NCBI GenBank assembly: GCA_002269645.1
Contig: NIVC01001877.1
Location: 62,001-126,000 of the forward strand
DNA: 64,000 bases
Origin: Macrostomum lignano
Lineage: Eukaryota
Reading direction: 5' to 3'
Part shown: one piece after another, positions 50,273 through 62,162 of the stretch
How positions within the stretch are numbered: the first letter of the stretch is position 1
Layout: every line of letters starts with the position of its first letter
Notes under the pieces: model-generated
What the model was told of the DNA's origin: nothing
The model's database searches: none
Seen by the model: the letters and a program-made list of their open reading frames with translations, nothing else
Program-made: the position numbers and the translations under genes

Positions 50273-50990
50273 CTAGCAATCTAGTGCGGCCCCCCTTCGG
50301 GGCGCCCAATAAGAAAGGAGCAAAAATAGTTCATGGAAAACAATAAAAAAACACATTTTCTTAAACACTAATTCCTTCTTCACATTTTAAAAATCACCTT
50401 ATTCGTGTAAAATTGTCACGGACTAAGATGTTTGCAAAATTAAAAAATCACTTTTTCTCTAAAATTAACAAACAGTCAACAAAATATCGTTTCACTAAAT
50501 AGAAAATATTCCCAAGACAGCAAGCAACCCCCTCCAAAAGTGAACAATCGCAGATAGCAAGCATCCTCTAATGCTCATAGCAAGAATCACCACAGATAGC
50601 AAGCATCTGCAGATTAGCAAGCACCCCCAGATATTATAGAAGCATCCACCCAGATAGCAAGCATCCACTCAGATAGCAAGCATTCTGCAGATATCAAGCA
50701 CCCCCAGATATTATAGAAGCATCCTGCAGATAGCAAGCACCCCCCAGATATTATAGAAGCATTCTGCAGATAGCAAGCACCCCCCAGATATTATAGAAGC
50801 ATCCACCCAGATAGCAAGCATCCTGCAGATAGCAAGAATCCCTAAATAGCAAGCATCCTGCAGATAGCAAGAATCCCTGAATAGCAAGCATCCCTGGATA
50901 GAAAGAATCCCATGCATGTAGCCAGTACCCCCTCTCCCAAATAGCAAGTATCCCCCTCGAGAGCAAGCATCCACGAGACAGCAAGTAGCT
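50273..50990 (-). mobile_element. Second Helitron-type copy with diverged CAGATAGCAAGCATCC array
   Basis: 3' end CTAGCAATCTAGTGCGGCCCCCTTCGGGGCGC and subterminal body homologous to 12545-12800; 5' end obscured by the adjacent 24-bp array. Confidence 0.7.
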
Positions 50991-51099
50991 AGTGCAAATG
51001 TTACTTCCGCTAATGCAATAATCGCTTTCTCAGGTTGTGCAACAATCCACGTCTCAGCGAGCGCAATAATCTCTTTTTTAGACAGCGCAGTAATCAGCT

Positions 51100-53490
51100 T
51101 CTCAGCTAGTGCAATAATCCTTGGTTTATTAATAGCAATAATCCTTGATTAATCAAGTGCAATAATCCTTGGTTTATCAAGTGCAATAATCCTTGGTTTA
51201 TCAAGTGCAGTAATCTTTGGCTTATCAAGTGCAATAATCCTTGGTTTATCAAGTGCAATAATCCTTTGTTTATCAAGTGCAATAATCCTTGGTTTATCAA
51301 GTGCAATAATCCTTGGTTTATTAAGTGCAATAATCCTTGGTTTATCAAGTGCAATAATCCTTGGTTTATCTAGCGCAGTAATCCTTGGCTTATCAGGTGC
51401 AATAATCCTTGGTTTATCAAGTGCAATATTTGTTTATCAAGTGCAATAATCCTTGGTTTATCAAGTGAAATAATCCTTGGTTTATCAAGTGCAATAATCC
51501 TTGGTTTATCAAGTGCAATAATCCTTGGTTTATCAAGCGCAGTAATCTTTGGCCTATCAAGTGCAATAATCCTTGGTTTATCAAGTGCAGTAATCCTTGG
51601 CCTATCAAGTGCAATAATCCTTGGTTTATCAAGTGCAATAATCCTTGGTTTATCAAGTGCAATAATCCTTGGTTTATCAAGTGCAATAATCCTTGGCTTA
51701 TCAACTGCAAAAATCCTTGGTTTATCAAGTGCAATAGTCCTTGGTTTATCAAGCGCAGTAATCCTTGGCCTATCAAGTGCAATAATCCTTGGCTTATCAA
51801 GTGCAATAATCCTTGGTTTATCAAGTGCAATAATCCTTGGTTTATCAAGTGCAGTAATCCTTGGCCTATCAAGTGCAATAATCCTTGGTTTGCCAAGAGC
51901 AATAATCCTTAGTTTATCGAGTGCAGTAATCCTTAGTTTTCCAAGTGCAGTAATCCTTGGTTTATTAAGAGCAATAATCCTTGGCTTATCGAGTGCAGTA
52001 ATCCTTGGTTTGCCAAGAGCAATAATCCTTGGTTTATCAAGTGCAATAATCCTTGGTTTATCAAGTGCAATAATCCTTGGTTTATCAAGTGCAATAATCC
52101 TTGGTTTATCAGATGCAATAATCCTTGGCTTATCAACTGCAATAATCCTTGGTTTATCAGATGCAATAATCCTTGGCTTATCAACTGCAATAATCCTTGG
52201 TTTATCAAGTGCAATAATCCTTGGTTTATCAAGCGCAGTAATCTTTGGCCTATCAAGTGCAATAATCCTTGGTTTATCAAGTGCAATAATCCTTGGTTTA
52301 TCAAGTGCAATAATCTTTGGTTTATCAGATGCAATAATCCTTGGCTTATCAACTGCAATAATCCTTGGTTTATCAAGTGCAATAATCCTTGGCTTATTAA
52401 GTGCAATAATCCTTGGTTTATCAAGCGCAGTAATCTTTGGCCTATCAAGTGCAATAATCCTTGGTTTATCAAGTGCAGTAATCCTTGGCCTATCAAGTGC
52501 AATAATCCTTGGTTTATCAAGTGCAATAGTCTTTGGTTTATCGAGTGCAGTAATCCTTAGTTTTCCAAGTGCAGTAATCCTTGTTTATTAAGAGCAATAA
52601 TCCTTGGTTTATCGAGTGCAGTAGTCCTTGGTTTATTAATATCAATAATCCTTGAATAATCCAGTGCATTAATCCTTGGCTTATCAAGTGCAACATTCTT
52701 TACTATCAAGTGCAATAATCCATGGCTTATCAAGTGCAATAATCCTTGGCTTATCAAGTGCAATAATCCTTGGTTTATCAAGTGCAATAATCCTTTGTTT
52801 ATCAAGTGCAATAATCCTTTGTTTATCAAGTGCAATAATCCTTTGTTTATCAAGTGCAATAATCCTTGGTTTATCAAGCGCAGTAATCCTTGGCTTATCA
52901 AGTGCAATAATCCTTGGTTTATCAAGTGCAATAATCCTTGGTTTATCAAGCGCAGTAATCTTTGGCCTATCAAGTGCAATAGTCCTTGGTTTATCGAGTG
53001 CAGTAATCCTTGGTTTTCCAAGTGCAATAATCCTTGGCTTCTTGAGTGCAGTAATCCTTGGTTTGCCAAGAGCAATAGTCCTTGGTTTATCGAGTGCAGT
53101 AATCCTTGGTTTTCCAAGTGCAGTAATCCTTGGTTTATTAATAGCAATAATCCTTGGCTTCTTGAGTGCAGTAATCCTTGGTTTGCCAAGAGCAATAGTC
53201 CTTGGTTTATCGAGTGCATTAATCCTTGGTTTTCCAAGTGCAATAATTCTTGGCTTCTTGAGTGCAGTAATCCTTGGTTTGCCAAGAGCAATAGTCCTTG
53301 GTTTATCGAGTGCAGTAATCCTTGGTTTTCCAAGTGCCGTAATCCTTGGTTTATTAATAGCAATAATCCTTGATTAATCAAGTGCAGTAATCTTTGGTTT
53401 GCCAAGAGCAATAGTCCTTGGTTTATCGAGTGCAGTAGTCCTTGGTTTATTAATAGCAATAATCCTTGGCTTATCGAGTGCAGTAATCTA
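51100..53490. repeat. 2.4-kb array of a 24-bp unit (AGTGCAATAATCCTTGGTTTATCA), about 100 copies, with higher-order variant patterns
   Basis: Direct observation; explains the SAIILGLS / QGLLHLIN ORFs. Confidence 0.97.
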
Positions 53491-53559
53491 AGTGTTTTTA
53501 TTTAGTCCTTTAATAAAACCTTTTAATAAAAAATTTTACACTACTACTTTTAAACTACT

Positions 53560-53620
53560 TAGATTCGAACCTAGGTCGCTGCATTAGCAGTCTGGTCTGT
53601 TCAGCTCTAGGCTAGCTCTC
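53560..53620 (-). mobile_element. Degenerate tRNA-derived (Ser-like) SINE head
   Basis: Minus strand GCTAGCCTAGAGC..AGACTGCTAATGCAG..CCTAGGTTCGAATC: B-box intact, A-box decayed, no full cloverleaf. Confidence 0.5.
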
Positions 53621-53799
53621 ATCGAAGTTATCAGTGATGTTGTACCACTTATATAATTCAACACTCACACCAAGTCAGGTAGAGTAAAAAGTCACACGAA
53701 GCAGTTATGACATAATCAATTTCTTAGGCAAGTCAGTACCAGTGTCTATGAAAGTTTACAATATGGTTACGTAATATAAATTCAGTACTGCGCTATGCT

Positions 53800-54171
53800 T
53801 TCACACTCAAAGCTGTGACGCAATTCAATTGAGTGTCAAATTCAGCCAGTACACAGACGATAAATAAAGTGTATTGTGATGCAATCTATTTCAGAATCAG
53901 AATTCAACCAGTCAGTTTTTCTGCTAGCATTCTTACGATGCATTTCAAGTCGAAAGAGCTGCTTGACCTTTGCAAAAAAGCATGTTTTTCGAATATTTAA
54001 TCCCTTTAGCATCAAGCAATTTCTTAGCCACGATGCATGTACTGTCACGGGAAAATTTCTGATCGAACAGTGCAAGTTCGAAGAAAATCGGTTGAGCCGT
54101 TTTTGCTAAAATCGATCACACACACATACACACACACACACATACCGACAGACCATTTTTAGTATATTGGA
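53800..54171 (-). mobile_element. Helitron/HINE-like fragment with (CA)n microsatellite
   Basis: GAAAATCGGTTGAGCCGTTTT, then a (CA)n tract, GACAGAC and TAGTATATTGGA|T; this layout is typical of the 5' end of non-autonomous Helitrons. 3' end unclear. Confidence 0.4.
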
Positions 54172-54381
54172 TCTCTGCAGTGTAAAAGTTAAGACGTACG
54201 ATCGAACTTACGCTACAACAGCTTTATAGATAGTACGACCCCAAGTCTTTAGTAAGTCACTCCTGCTAGGCCTAGCCGTGCCCAATACTAGTATGATGTG
54301 CAAATTGTGATACTGAATTGTAATGTATGGTGTGATCCCCATTTTTAACAACTGCTAGACATCTATTCTAGTTCCCAGTGA

Positions 54382-54530
54382 GCTCCGCGAAACCCACAAA
54401 CCCAAGGACACGCGCGAAGCGCGTGTCCTTGGGTTTGTGGGGTGAGCGGAGCGAACGCGCGAGGCACAAAGTGCCGAGCATGAGGAACAAACAGCCAGCC
54501 AATGCGCGAAGCGCATTGGGTGGTCTGGCT
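54382..54530. other. Cluster of three hairpins with GAA/AAA triloops
   Basis: Perfect 23-bp stem 54393-54415 / 54419-54441 with GAA loop; GGCAC-AAA-GTGCC at 54463-54475; CCAATGCGC-GAA-GCGCATTGG at 54499-54519. Confidence 0.9.
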
Positions 54531-56703
54531 TGTGACGAATATAATAATATGAGACGTGTGCATCGAAAAAATGACAAGAAAAATCTCACAAAAACTGCTG
54601 TAACTTCAAAACTACAAGTGCGAATTTCACAAGTGAGGTGTCATTTTAAAGAGAAGAATCTGATCTATTTAACGAGTATAGTTTTGTATGGATTCACTGC
54701 GGAGAAAAGGAACAGGCTTCAGTTGAAATGTTTGTCTTAAGATTATGTCTTTACAAAAGTGCATTTCCTCATGCACATTAAAACTCGAGCTAAAAATGTT
54801 CGAGGGTTATAGGTGCGCCTTACTAAGATGCATAACATTATTGGGTTGTTTTTTTCAATTGTATCAAAAAGTTGGCACTTTGGTTGCAAAAAATGCAAAA
54901 ATTGAAAATGTACTTTTACAGTTTTTTGCATTTTTTTCTATACTGCTAATAGTTAAGCATACATACTATGCACCAATTGATGCGCAATTCAAAGATACAC
55001 AAGTGTGGAAGTTTTCAATTCTTAGACATTTGAAATCAGAAAGTTATCGACGAAAGACTAAAAATCATGATCTCAAACTGATTTGAGGAAAAGTGCTCAT
55101 TATAATTTTTGGAATATGGAAGAAACAATTCAACGCCGTCATCTAATTCCAAACTAACTGTACTTTAAGGTACTGCGATGATTTTTTTATTGAAAGAGCG
55201 AAACCTGTTTAAATATTTGAAAAAATGGAAAAAAAGTACCTTTTTTCATAGAAATACACTCTTTTGACTGCTTAATCCGATTTCCAACAACAAAATAGTT
55301 GCTTTCCTGCTGGTGCAAACCGTTATTAGGGTGAATTTTCAAAATTGCATACTGTGCCAAAAGTAAACTGAAGCTTAATATTTATAAACATTAGAAACGG
55401 GACCACTAATGGGTATTTTACTTTGGTTACTTACTATGGACTAAACTGGCACTGGCAGAGACAGATTTGAGAGAAACTAATTGCTCCATTGTATTTGTAT
55501 TTGGCTCCAGCGTTACAAATTACAATAGCTATTTCGGGGTCTAACCGGCTAAGTTATCAAAAAAGCTAGATACCAATCACCAGTTTCATCATCAGCTATA
55601 CCTACCACGATTTTATAGTCACATGCAACAGTAATACCCTCCTTTAAAAGTTTTCAATATCTAAAATGATGTGTTAAATTTTATAAAATTTCATAAACAG
55701 TGAAATTTTAGCTGTTTACGTGCTGGTGGTTTGAACGTAGCTACTTTGTGCGAAAATACACTGTCATTAATACCGTACCTATCATTGTATTTATTGTATT
55801 GAAAGTTGATGTGTAAATTGTACTTTTCTATTTTTTTGTCATTCGTTATCGCACTCGGGCCGGCCTGCCTGCCTTGTGGGGTGTGGTGGCCTTGGCCACT
55901 TTCTCCCCCTTCTGCTAGGATCCAAAGCAAGCTTTCAAGTGTACATTTAATATTATCGATCGATTATTTAAAACAAGCCTCTAGTGGCTGGTGTTGAGAG
56001 TGAGTGGCCTTGAGTGTACGCGAAAGCAAGAGGAAGCCCATGGGCGGACTATATGAACCTTCCTTTAGTGGAAAGTTGGGCCTTGTGCATTGGATAGTGT
56101 ACGCTACACAAGACAGAAGGTAAAGAGAAAGAGAACGACAGGCTAGCCAATAGCGATAGCATGTGCTTCTTTCTCTCCAGTCCACTATGGTAGGGGGGGG
56201 GGAGGGGGGTGTCAGACGGCCCAACTCTAACCCCCATACCCAAAACAGCGTACATGTAGAATAAGAAGGGATTGGGTCCAGATAAGTCTTCCCAAATGTA
56301 CATGTATGTACAAAGACAAACACAGACAAGAAAAATGGCTCTAAAAACCATTGTTATTGTTACACTGTGTGTCTATTTTTATTAACTTGACTTTGACTTG
56401 TCTTTACTCTAGCATGGTCAAGGATAATTACTGTTACTTCATACCTAATTTACAATTAATTGCATAAGATTAAGAAGGAATAATACAATCGAGGTCGAAC
56501 CCATGATCACTTGACCCACCCACCCATGATCACTTCTGATTCTGACCTACATGTATCTACTATATCCTGCCAGTTTCTCCAGTTTTATGGGTCTTGGTGT
56601 CGGTGATTCGAGCAATTCCATTACATTTTATCGGTGCAGTGCGTCTATTAATGCTTAGCTACTTGTATATGTGTTGCAGAACTTATGCTCGTAGTTTCCC
56701 TTC

Positions 56704-57478
56704 TAGGGATGTTGACCCGGGAGTGCTCCCGGGGAGCTTGTCGGGGAATACTCTCCGGGGAATTTAACCGGGGACCCTGGGGAGAAAAAATATGAAAAAA
56801 TGCATTTGTAACTTAATTTTTGCCATTAAAATAAGAAACTGATTCACAGAAAGCTGATTGAAACTCTGTCTATGCTCTTTTACCGCATAATTGCTTATTT
56901 CAATGCATTACATGTATTTGAAACACAACACACGTTTGATTGTTTTTTCACTAATAAGTCATTCAATCAAGCAAATTGCACGTAGAAAAGAAACCCGTCA
57001 GGAAAAAGAAGCCTTACTCACTAGTGACTGCTGTGTTGGTCTGCGTTGACGGCTTGACGCAGGCGCAGCGCTGCGTCATGCGTCAGGCACTGACGCATAG
57101 GGGGTGTCATACATATACTCCCTATTAGACAAGGACAAAATGGTGATTTACATATATATGCAAGAAATAAAATTCCGATTATAAAAACAGTCTCATTCAT
57201 TAATTATCCTCTCACGAGCGTTGCTGTTTAGCATGCATTCCAACAAATGCACTTTTCCGATAAAGGTGCGCGCACGATTTCGTGATGCCACATTGTCAAA
57301 TACAGTTTAAAAAAACATTGTTTAAAATTTTTACCCCTGCGCCTTGAACATGTAGTACAAAGCTTAAATCAAAGTTTAAAAAATTCCACTTACAATCTAA
57401 GTGATCCGCCGTTTTAACTTATTTTTTCTTTTCACCGGGGTCCCGATAAGATAATTCCCTGGGGAATCGACATCCCTA
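56704..57478. mobile_element. Non-autonomous hAT (Ac-like TAGGGATG TIR) element, 775 bp
   Basis: TIRs TAGGGATGT / ACATCCCTA; subterminal CCGGGG motifs; TTCCCTTC on both flanks (3' copy offset by 1 nt). Confidence 0.8.
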
Positions 57479-58727
57479 ATTCCCTTCCTATAAATCATTT
57501 GACGTTAGAGACATTTTACAACTCTCGCCCTACTTTATCTATTAGGCTAACTTTATGTATGACACGACGCAAAATATTAGGAGCATCAGCGTTAATAATG
57601 CCTTGAAAGTCTTTAAATAATCGATACAACACTAGGTATTATAAAATTCCAACCCCAAAGCTCACTGGGGCGAAAAGACTTTGTCTTCATTAACTAGTAA
57701 AGCATGAGAATGTATATAATGTTAAACTAGAAAACTCGAGACACGAGTTAGACTTTAAAAAAGGTTGAACTTAGGCCTAGTTAGGCCTACTCACTCTACT
57801 GAACGGAACAACTGAACACAACCACAAGATAGGCCTGCCCTAGTGCCTAATATCTGAGAAATGACAAGAAAAAATATAGATTACAATGAAATAATATTAA
57901 TAACTTAAGACTCAACAAACATATATACACAAAATTTAGTATTGCACCTATATACCAAGCCCAAGGCCAAGAGGTAGGCTCTCTACTCTATGCTAAATAT
58001 GGGTAATGCAATGTATACCAGGCCCACCTGTAGGCTTATTATGCAAATTTGTATGCTAATGGTATTTGCCAAATCCCTCTATATGCTGGAATTTTCTGGC
58101 ATACATATATAGCAGCTAGGCCTAGTCTACCTCTACCATCCTAAGTCTAAATTGTTCATAGAAATGATTGGAATTTATTTTACTCATTATAAATATAAAC
58201 CTTTAGTTAGGCTGAGTATAAATAGGGTTTTTCCCATTAATATTAATTAAGGGGTCCTTAGGTCTAATTTATCATTTAGCCTTAGTCTTAGGTCTAGCCC
58301 TAAAATTAAACTATCATGAGCCTATGGTAGGCCCAATTCACTATTGCAATATTATTACTTAGGGGGCCTACTAGGTCAATCTATATCTAAGCCTGTTATA
58401 GCCCTAGGATCTGTATACAAAGGGCCTATCAACTTAAGCTATGTCACTAAGGGCACTAGGGGCATAGATAGATCACTAGGGGCTCTATTGAACTATATCA
58501 TCCTATATGTTATTCTGTTTATAATTATAGTGATATCAGTTACTAAGAAGCTAGATTTGGCAAGTGACAAAATTTGGACCTGGAATAGGAAAGAACAAGC
58601 AAAAAGATAATTAGGGACTATTAGTGCAGTAACCCCGCATGGGGAATTCAAATTCAAAACATTAAAAGCATAAAAAACCATTTTTGAATATTTGACTAAC
58701 TTCCAAATCAATTTTTTTTGTTTGAAA

Positions 58728-58820
58728 CATACATGCGCAACCTCCAAAATTCGGTCAGCCATGCAACTTAGTTTTAACAAAAATGCAATGTAGTTTTTAG
58801 CCAAAAATGTGACTTACAAG
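58728..58820 (+). mobile_element. CpG-decayed 5' fragment of the CATACATG MITE family
   Basis: Aligns ungapped to 30244-30335 with 9 substitutions. Confidence 0.9.
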
Positions 58821-61071
58821 ATATAAAAAACTGATTAGGTGGCTTTAATCCATCCAACAAAACTCTTGCATGCCTCACCCTTTCTCACTTCATTCTTCAA
58901 CTTAAGCCTGCCACAATGTAGCAAGTTGTGTCACCCACAAAGATAAGATATAGGGTTTTCTTTTTTGCCAGAGACAAGGTGCAAAATTGCACCCTATGTT
59001 CATTTTCATGGTATAATTTTAAAGCTTAAAGTGTAATTTCTCTTATTTATTATTTTAAGGCAGTGCAAATGAGGCTTCACTAGAAAAATAGACTATGAGA
59101 CTACATTTAAACTGCACCCACTTTTCAATTTCAAGGTGCAATTTTTAAATTTAGGGTGCATATACATACTCTGCACACAAAAAATAAACCCAGATGAGAG
59201 ACTTTACATGCACTCTTGAAAGTGGCAACCATAGAATCTTTTATGATAGCAACTTTTTGATATTGCTAAGCATATAAGCACACTATATACAATACTACCT
59301 CCTGATGGTAGGCATTCAAATTGAAAATTCAAATATTGAAAGCATTAAAAACTTTGCTTTTTGAATATTTGACCCCTCTATTAACAATTGGTGTAGTTTT
59401 TTGACCTATTAACAATTGGTACAAATTTTATATACAAATTTGCTAAATGAATCTGAATTAATTGGGCACATTAGCTATTGCCCTCATCTGCAATTATATT
59501 ACTGCACTACCCAGTGTTGTATTTATTCATAAAATAAGACAGACAAGATCAGAGTAGTTTAGGGGGTTGATAAATTTCAGGCCAGCTTTTTAACCCCCAT
59601 GTACCAACTCTTTCATCAATTGTTTATATTACACTAGTTGGTAAATGATAATAAAGTTTAACCAATCCCACAAATTGTGAGCCTACTGTGCAAAGGGTCA
59701 TAAAACTCTTTAACCTTATTGTGAATATATATTCTACATTGTATATTGGCCAAGGAAAGGCCTTAATAGTTGAACTGAACAATTAAATTTAGAAACATAG
59801 CATCCATTAAAAGCATTAAAAATCAATTTTTATATTTGACCTAATTCCCATTGAAATTTTTCATCAAAAAAGTTTTTTATTTTTTAGGGGCCAATAATAT
59901 AGACATGAAAAACCATAGTTGCATCATGTCAGTCTGAACAAACATTTTTTAAATTGATGATAATTATAACCCTTATCTTAATCCTGTCTTAATCCTTATA
60001 ATAACCATTGAAAGTCTATCATACTATGTCATGATCCCAAAACCTGTTTTATTTTTTTTTCTTAGTCCAACAATTCCAACTTTCCCCAATTATTATGCAC
60101 CCATTTTTAAAAACATTCAGACTTGTAGCCTATCTTTCCCCCATCAAAGGCTAGCATAAAAATAGGGATAAAAAGTAATCTGAGCAAGAGAGAAAAGGGA
60201 ATAAGAAGGTTGAATGCAAGTTTTGGGGCCAGATAGAATTATAGATCATCTAAAACCTTAAAAGCAAGATTGAAACCTTTGGGGGCTAGATCTAGCCTTT
60301 GTGCTAAAGGTTGCCAATCCTTGATTTAGATATATATTTGAATCTTTAATTAATATATAATTTATAGAAGGGTCTTAAAAACAAAATGCACAATTTATAT
60401 GCTAAGAAATTAGAGTTAAAAAATGTTTCATATAGTCCCATTGAATGACCTTAACTATTATGTCTTTATTAGATAAAGCATAAAACTCTAAAATGCCTAG
60501 ACCTTTTGACTTATATTTAAGAAAATAAGATAAACTATCTATATTGAAAATTATATTTTTGTTTTTGAAATATACTATAAACTAGTGTAGATTAAGGCCT
60601 AGCCTAGGTTGAAATAAGTTTTAAATATTTATTATAACTCCTATTATAAGATCTTCAATAGGTTAGACTAATTATAGCAAATATAGACATTTATTAGGTT
60701 AGCTAAGAATAATGTCTTTGGATATATCAAGATTGAGAATTTATATTTTGTTAAAATTATAATTTTAATAGTCTAACCTCAAATAAGAATATAAAAGTCT
60801 AACAAAAGAATTATTTTGGACTAAGTAAAACCTAAGTTATATTGGGATACTAAGATTATAGAATTGAGATTAAAATTTACTCTCTCCCTAATTTATAGTG
60901 TACTAAAGCAATATAGCTATAAAGAAAAGTGTATATAATTTATTTTAAACCAATTTACTCTCAAGACTAAGGGTTGGAAAACCTTTTTAACTAAAGGCCA
61001 GGTATAGAATGTAGCACATGATTATAGGCTACAAAAATAAGAGGGGACAAATTAGAAAAGAGAAATATAAG

Positions 61072-61074
<3 letters not shown>

Positions 61075-61140
<66 letters not shown>
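61075..61140. repeat. (GA)n microsatellite within a purine-rich tract
   Basis: Direct observation. Confidence 0.95.
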
Positions 61141-61145
<5 letters not shown>

Positions 61146-62162
61146 AGAAAAGAAAATAAAAGTAAAGAAGAAACAAAGAAAATAGAGGGAAAAAGATTAG
61201 AAAAAGGAAAAAAATAGGAGAAACAAGATAAGAAAAGAGAGAATACTGAAGACAGCTAAGAAAAGGCTAACCTTAAGCAAGCCAAATTGCTATTGTTAAA
61301 TTTCAAAGGACTTTTGCTAAATCTTGCTTTAGATCTTTGTCTCTTTTATTATGATCATAGACCTTCAATATATAGATATTTAATATGTATATAAGCACTA
61401 TCTCTGAAATTATTTTTATAGTTTTATAACTTACCCAAAAATAATATAAAATCTTTAATTTGTTATCAAATTTCAAGCAAGAATGTCATAGATAGGGAAT
61501 TGTTACTTCTTGCTACTGGCTATTACAGTTGTAAAAATCTAAATATGAAAAATATTGTTCTGCAGATAGTATAGAATGCATCTGTGACACCCTAGTAATT
61601 TGATCATCTTTTTGGACTGTTTTCTTCTATATTATATTTATAATAATATAAACTTAAACAAATATTGTCAAATACTTTAAAATATAGGCAAGACTTTGAT
61701 GCAAAATTGCATTGCACCTTAAGTTGATAGAAATGCAAATGAACCCTTCTAGACTTATCTCAATTGTTAACTTCATTACTTAGTAGCTATTAAGCTTTCA
61801 TTGAGGCAAACCTGTAATATAAGTTATGCAGTCCTATGATAAATATTTATAAAATTTGATAATTATCAGAATTATGGCATCCTGTATTTAAACACAGAAG
61901 CTAGGTTCAGTCAAATAAAAAAATAAAATGCCTAACACAGCTGAGCCTCTTTGGCACACAGAAGTTGAAAATTTCTGCAGACTCAATAGAATTGAGTTAT
62001 AGATTTTTTGTAAAATTAAAGTTGGTATGTAATTACTGCATGCCCAGCCAGCGATAACACACTGGAGGCAACAATTGAAGTCGCTGAAAATTGGGCCCCT
62101 CTCTCAATTGCTGCTCATCTCCCAGTCCCCAACTAGTTTGAAACAAAGAGCACACAGAAAGC

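Noticed and set aside
51106-53459. Repetitive ORFs (SAIILGLS, QGLLHLIN, FIKCNNPW)
   Set aside because: Products of a 24-bp unit; interrupted by stops and frameshifts, with no unique domains.
53560-53620. Genuine tRNA gene (also 38750-38823 and ~10300-10370)
   Set aside because: No complete cloverleaf or acceptor stem; better explained as SINE heads.
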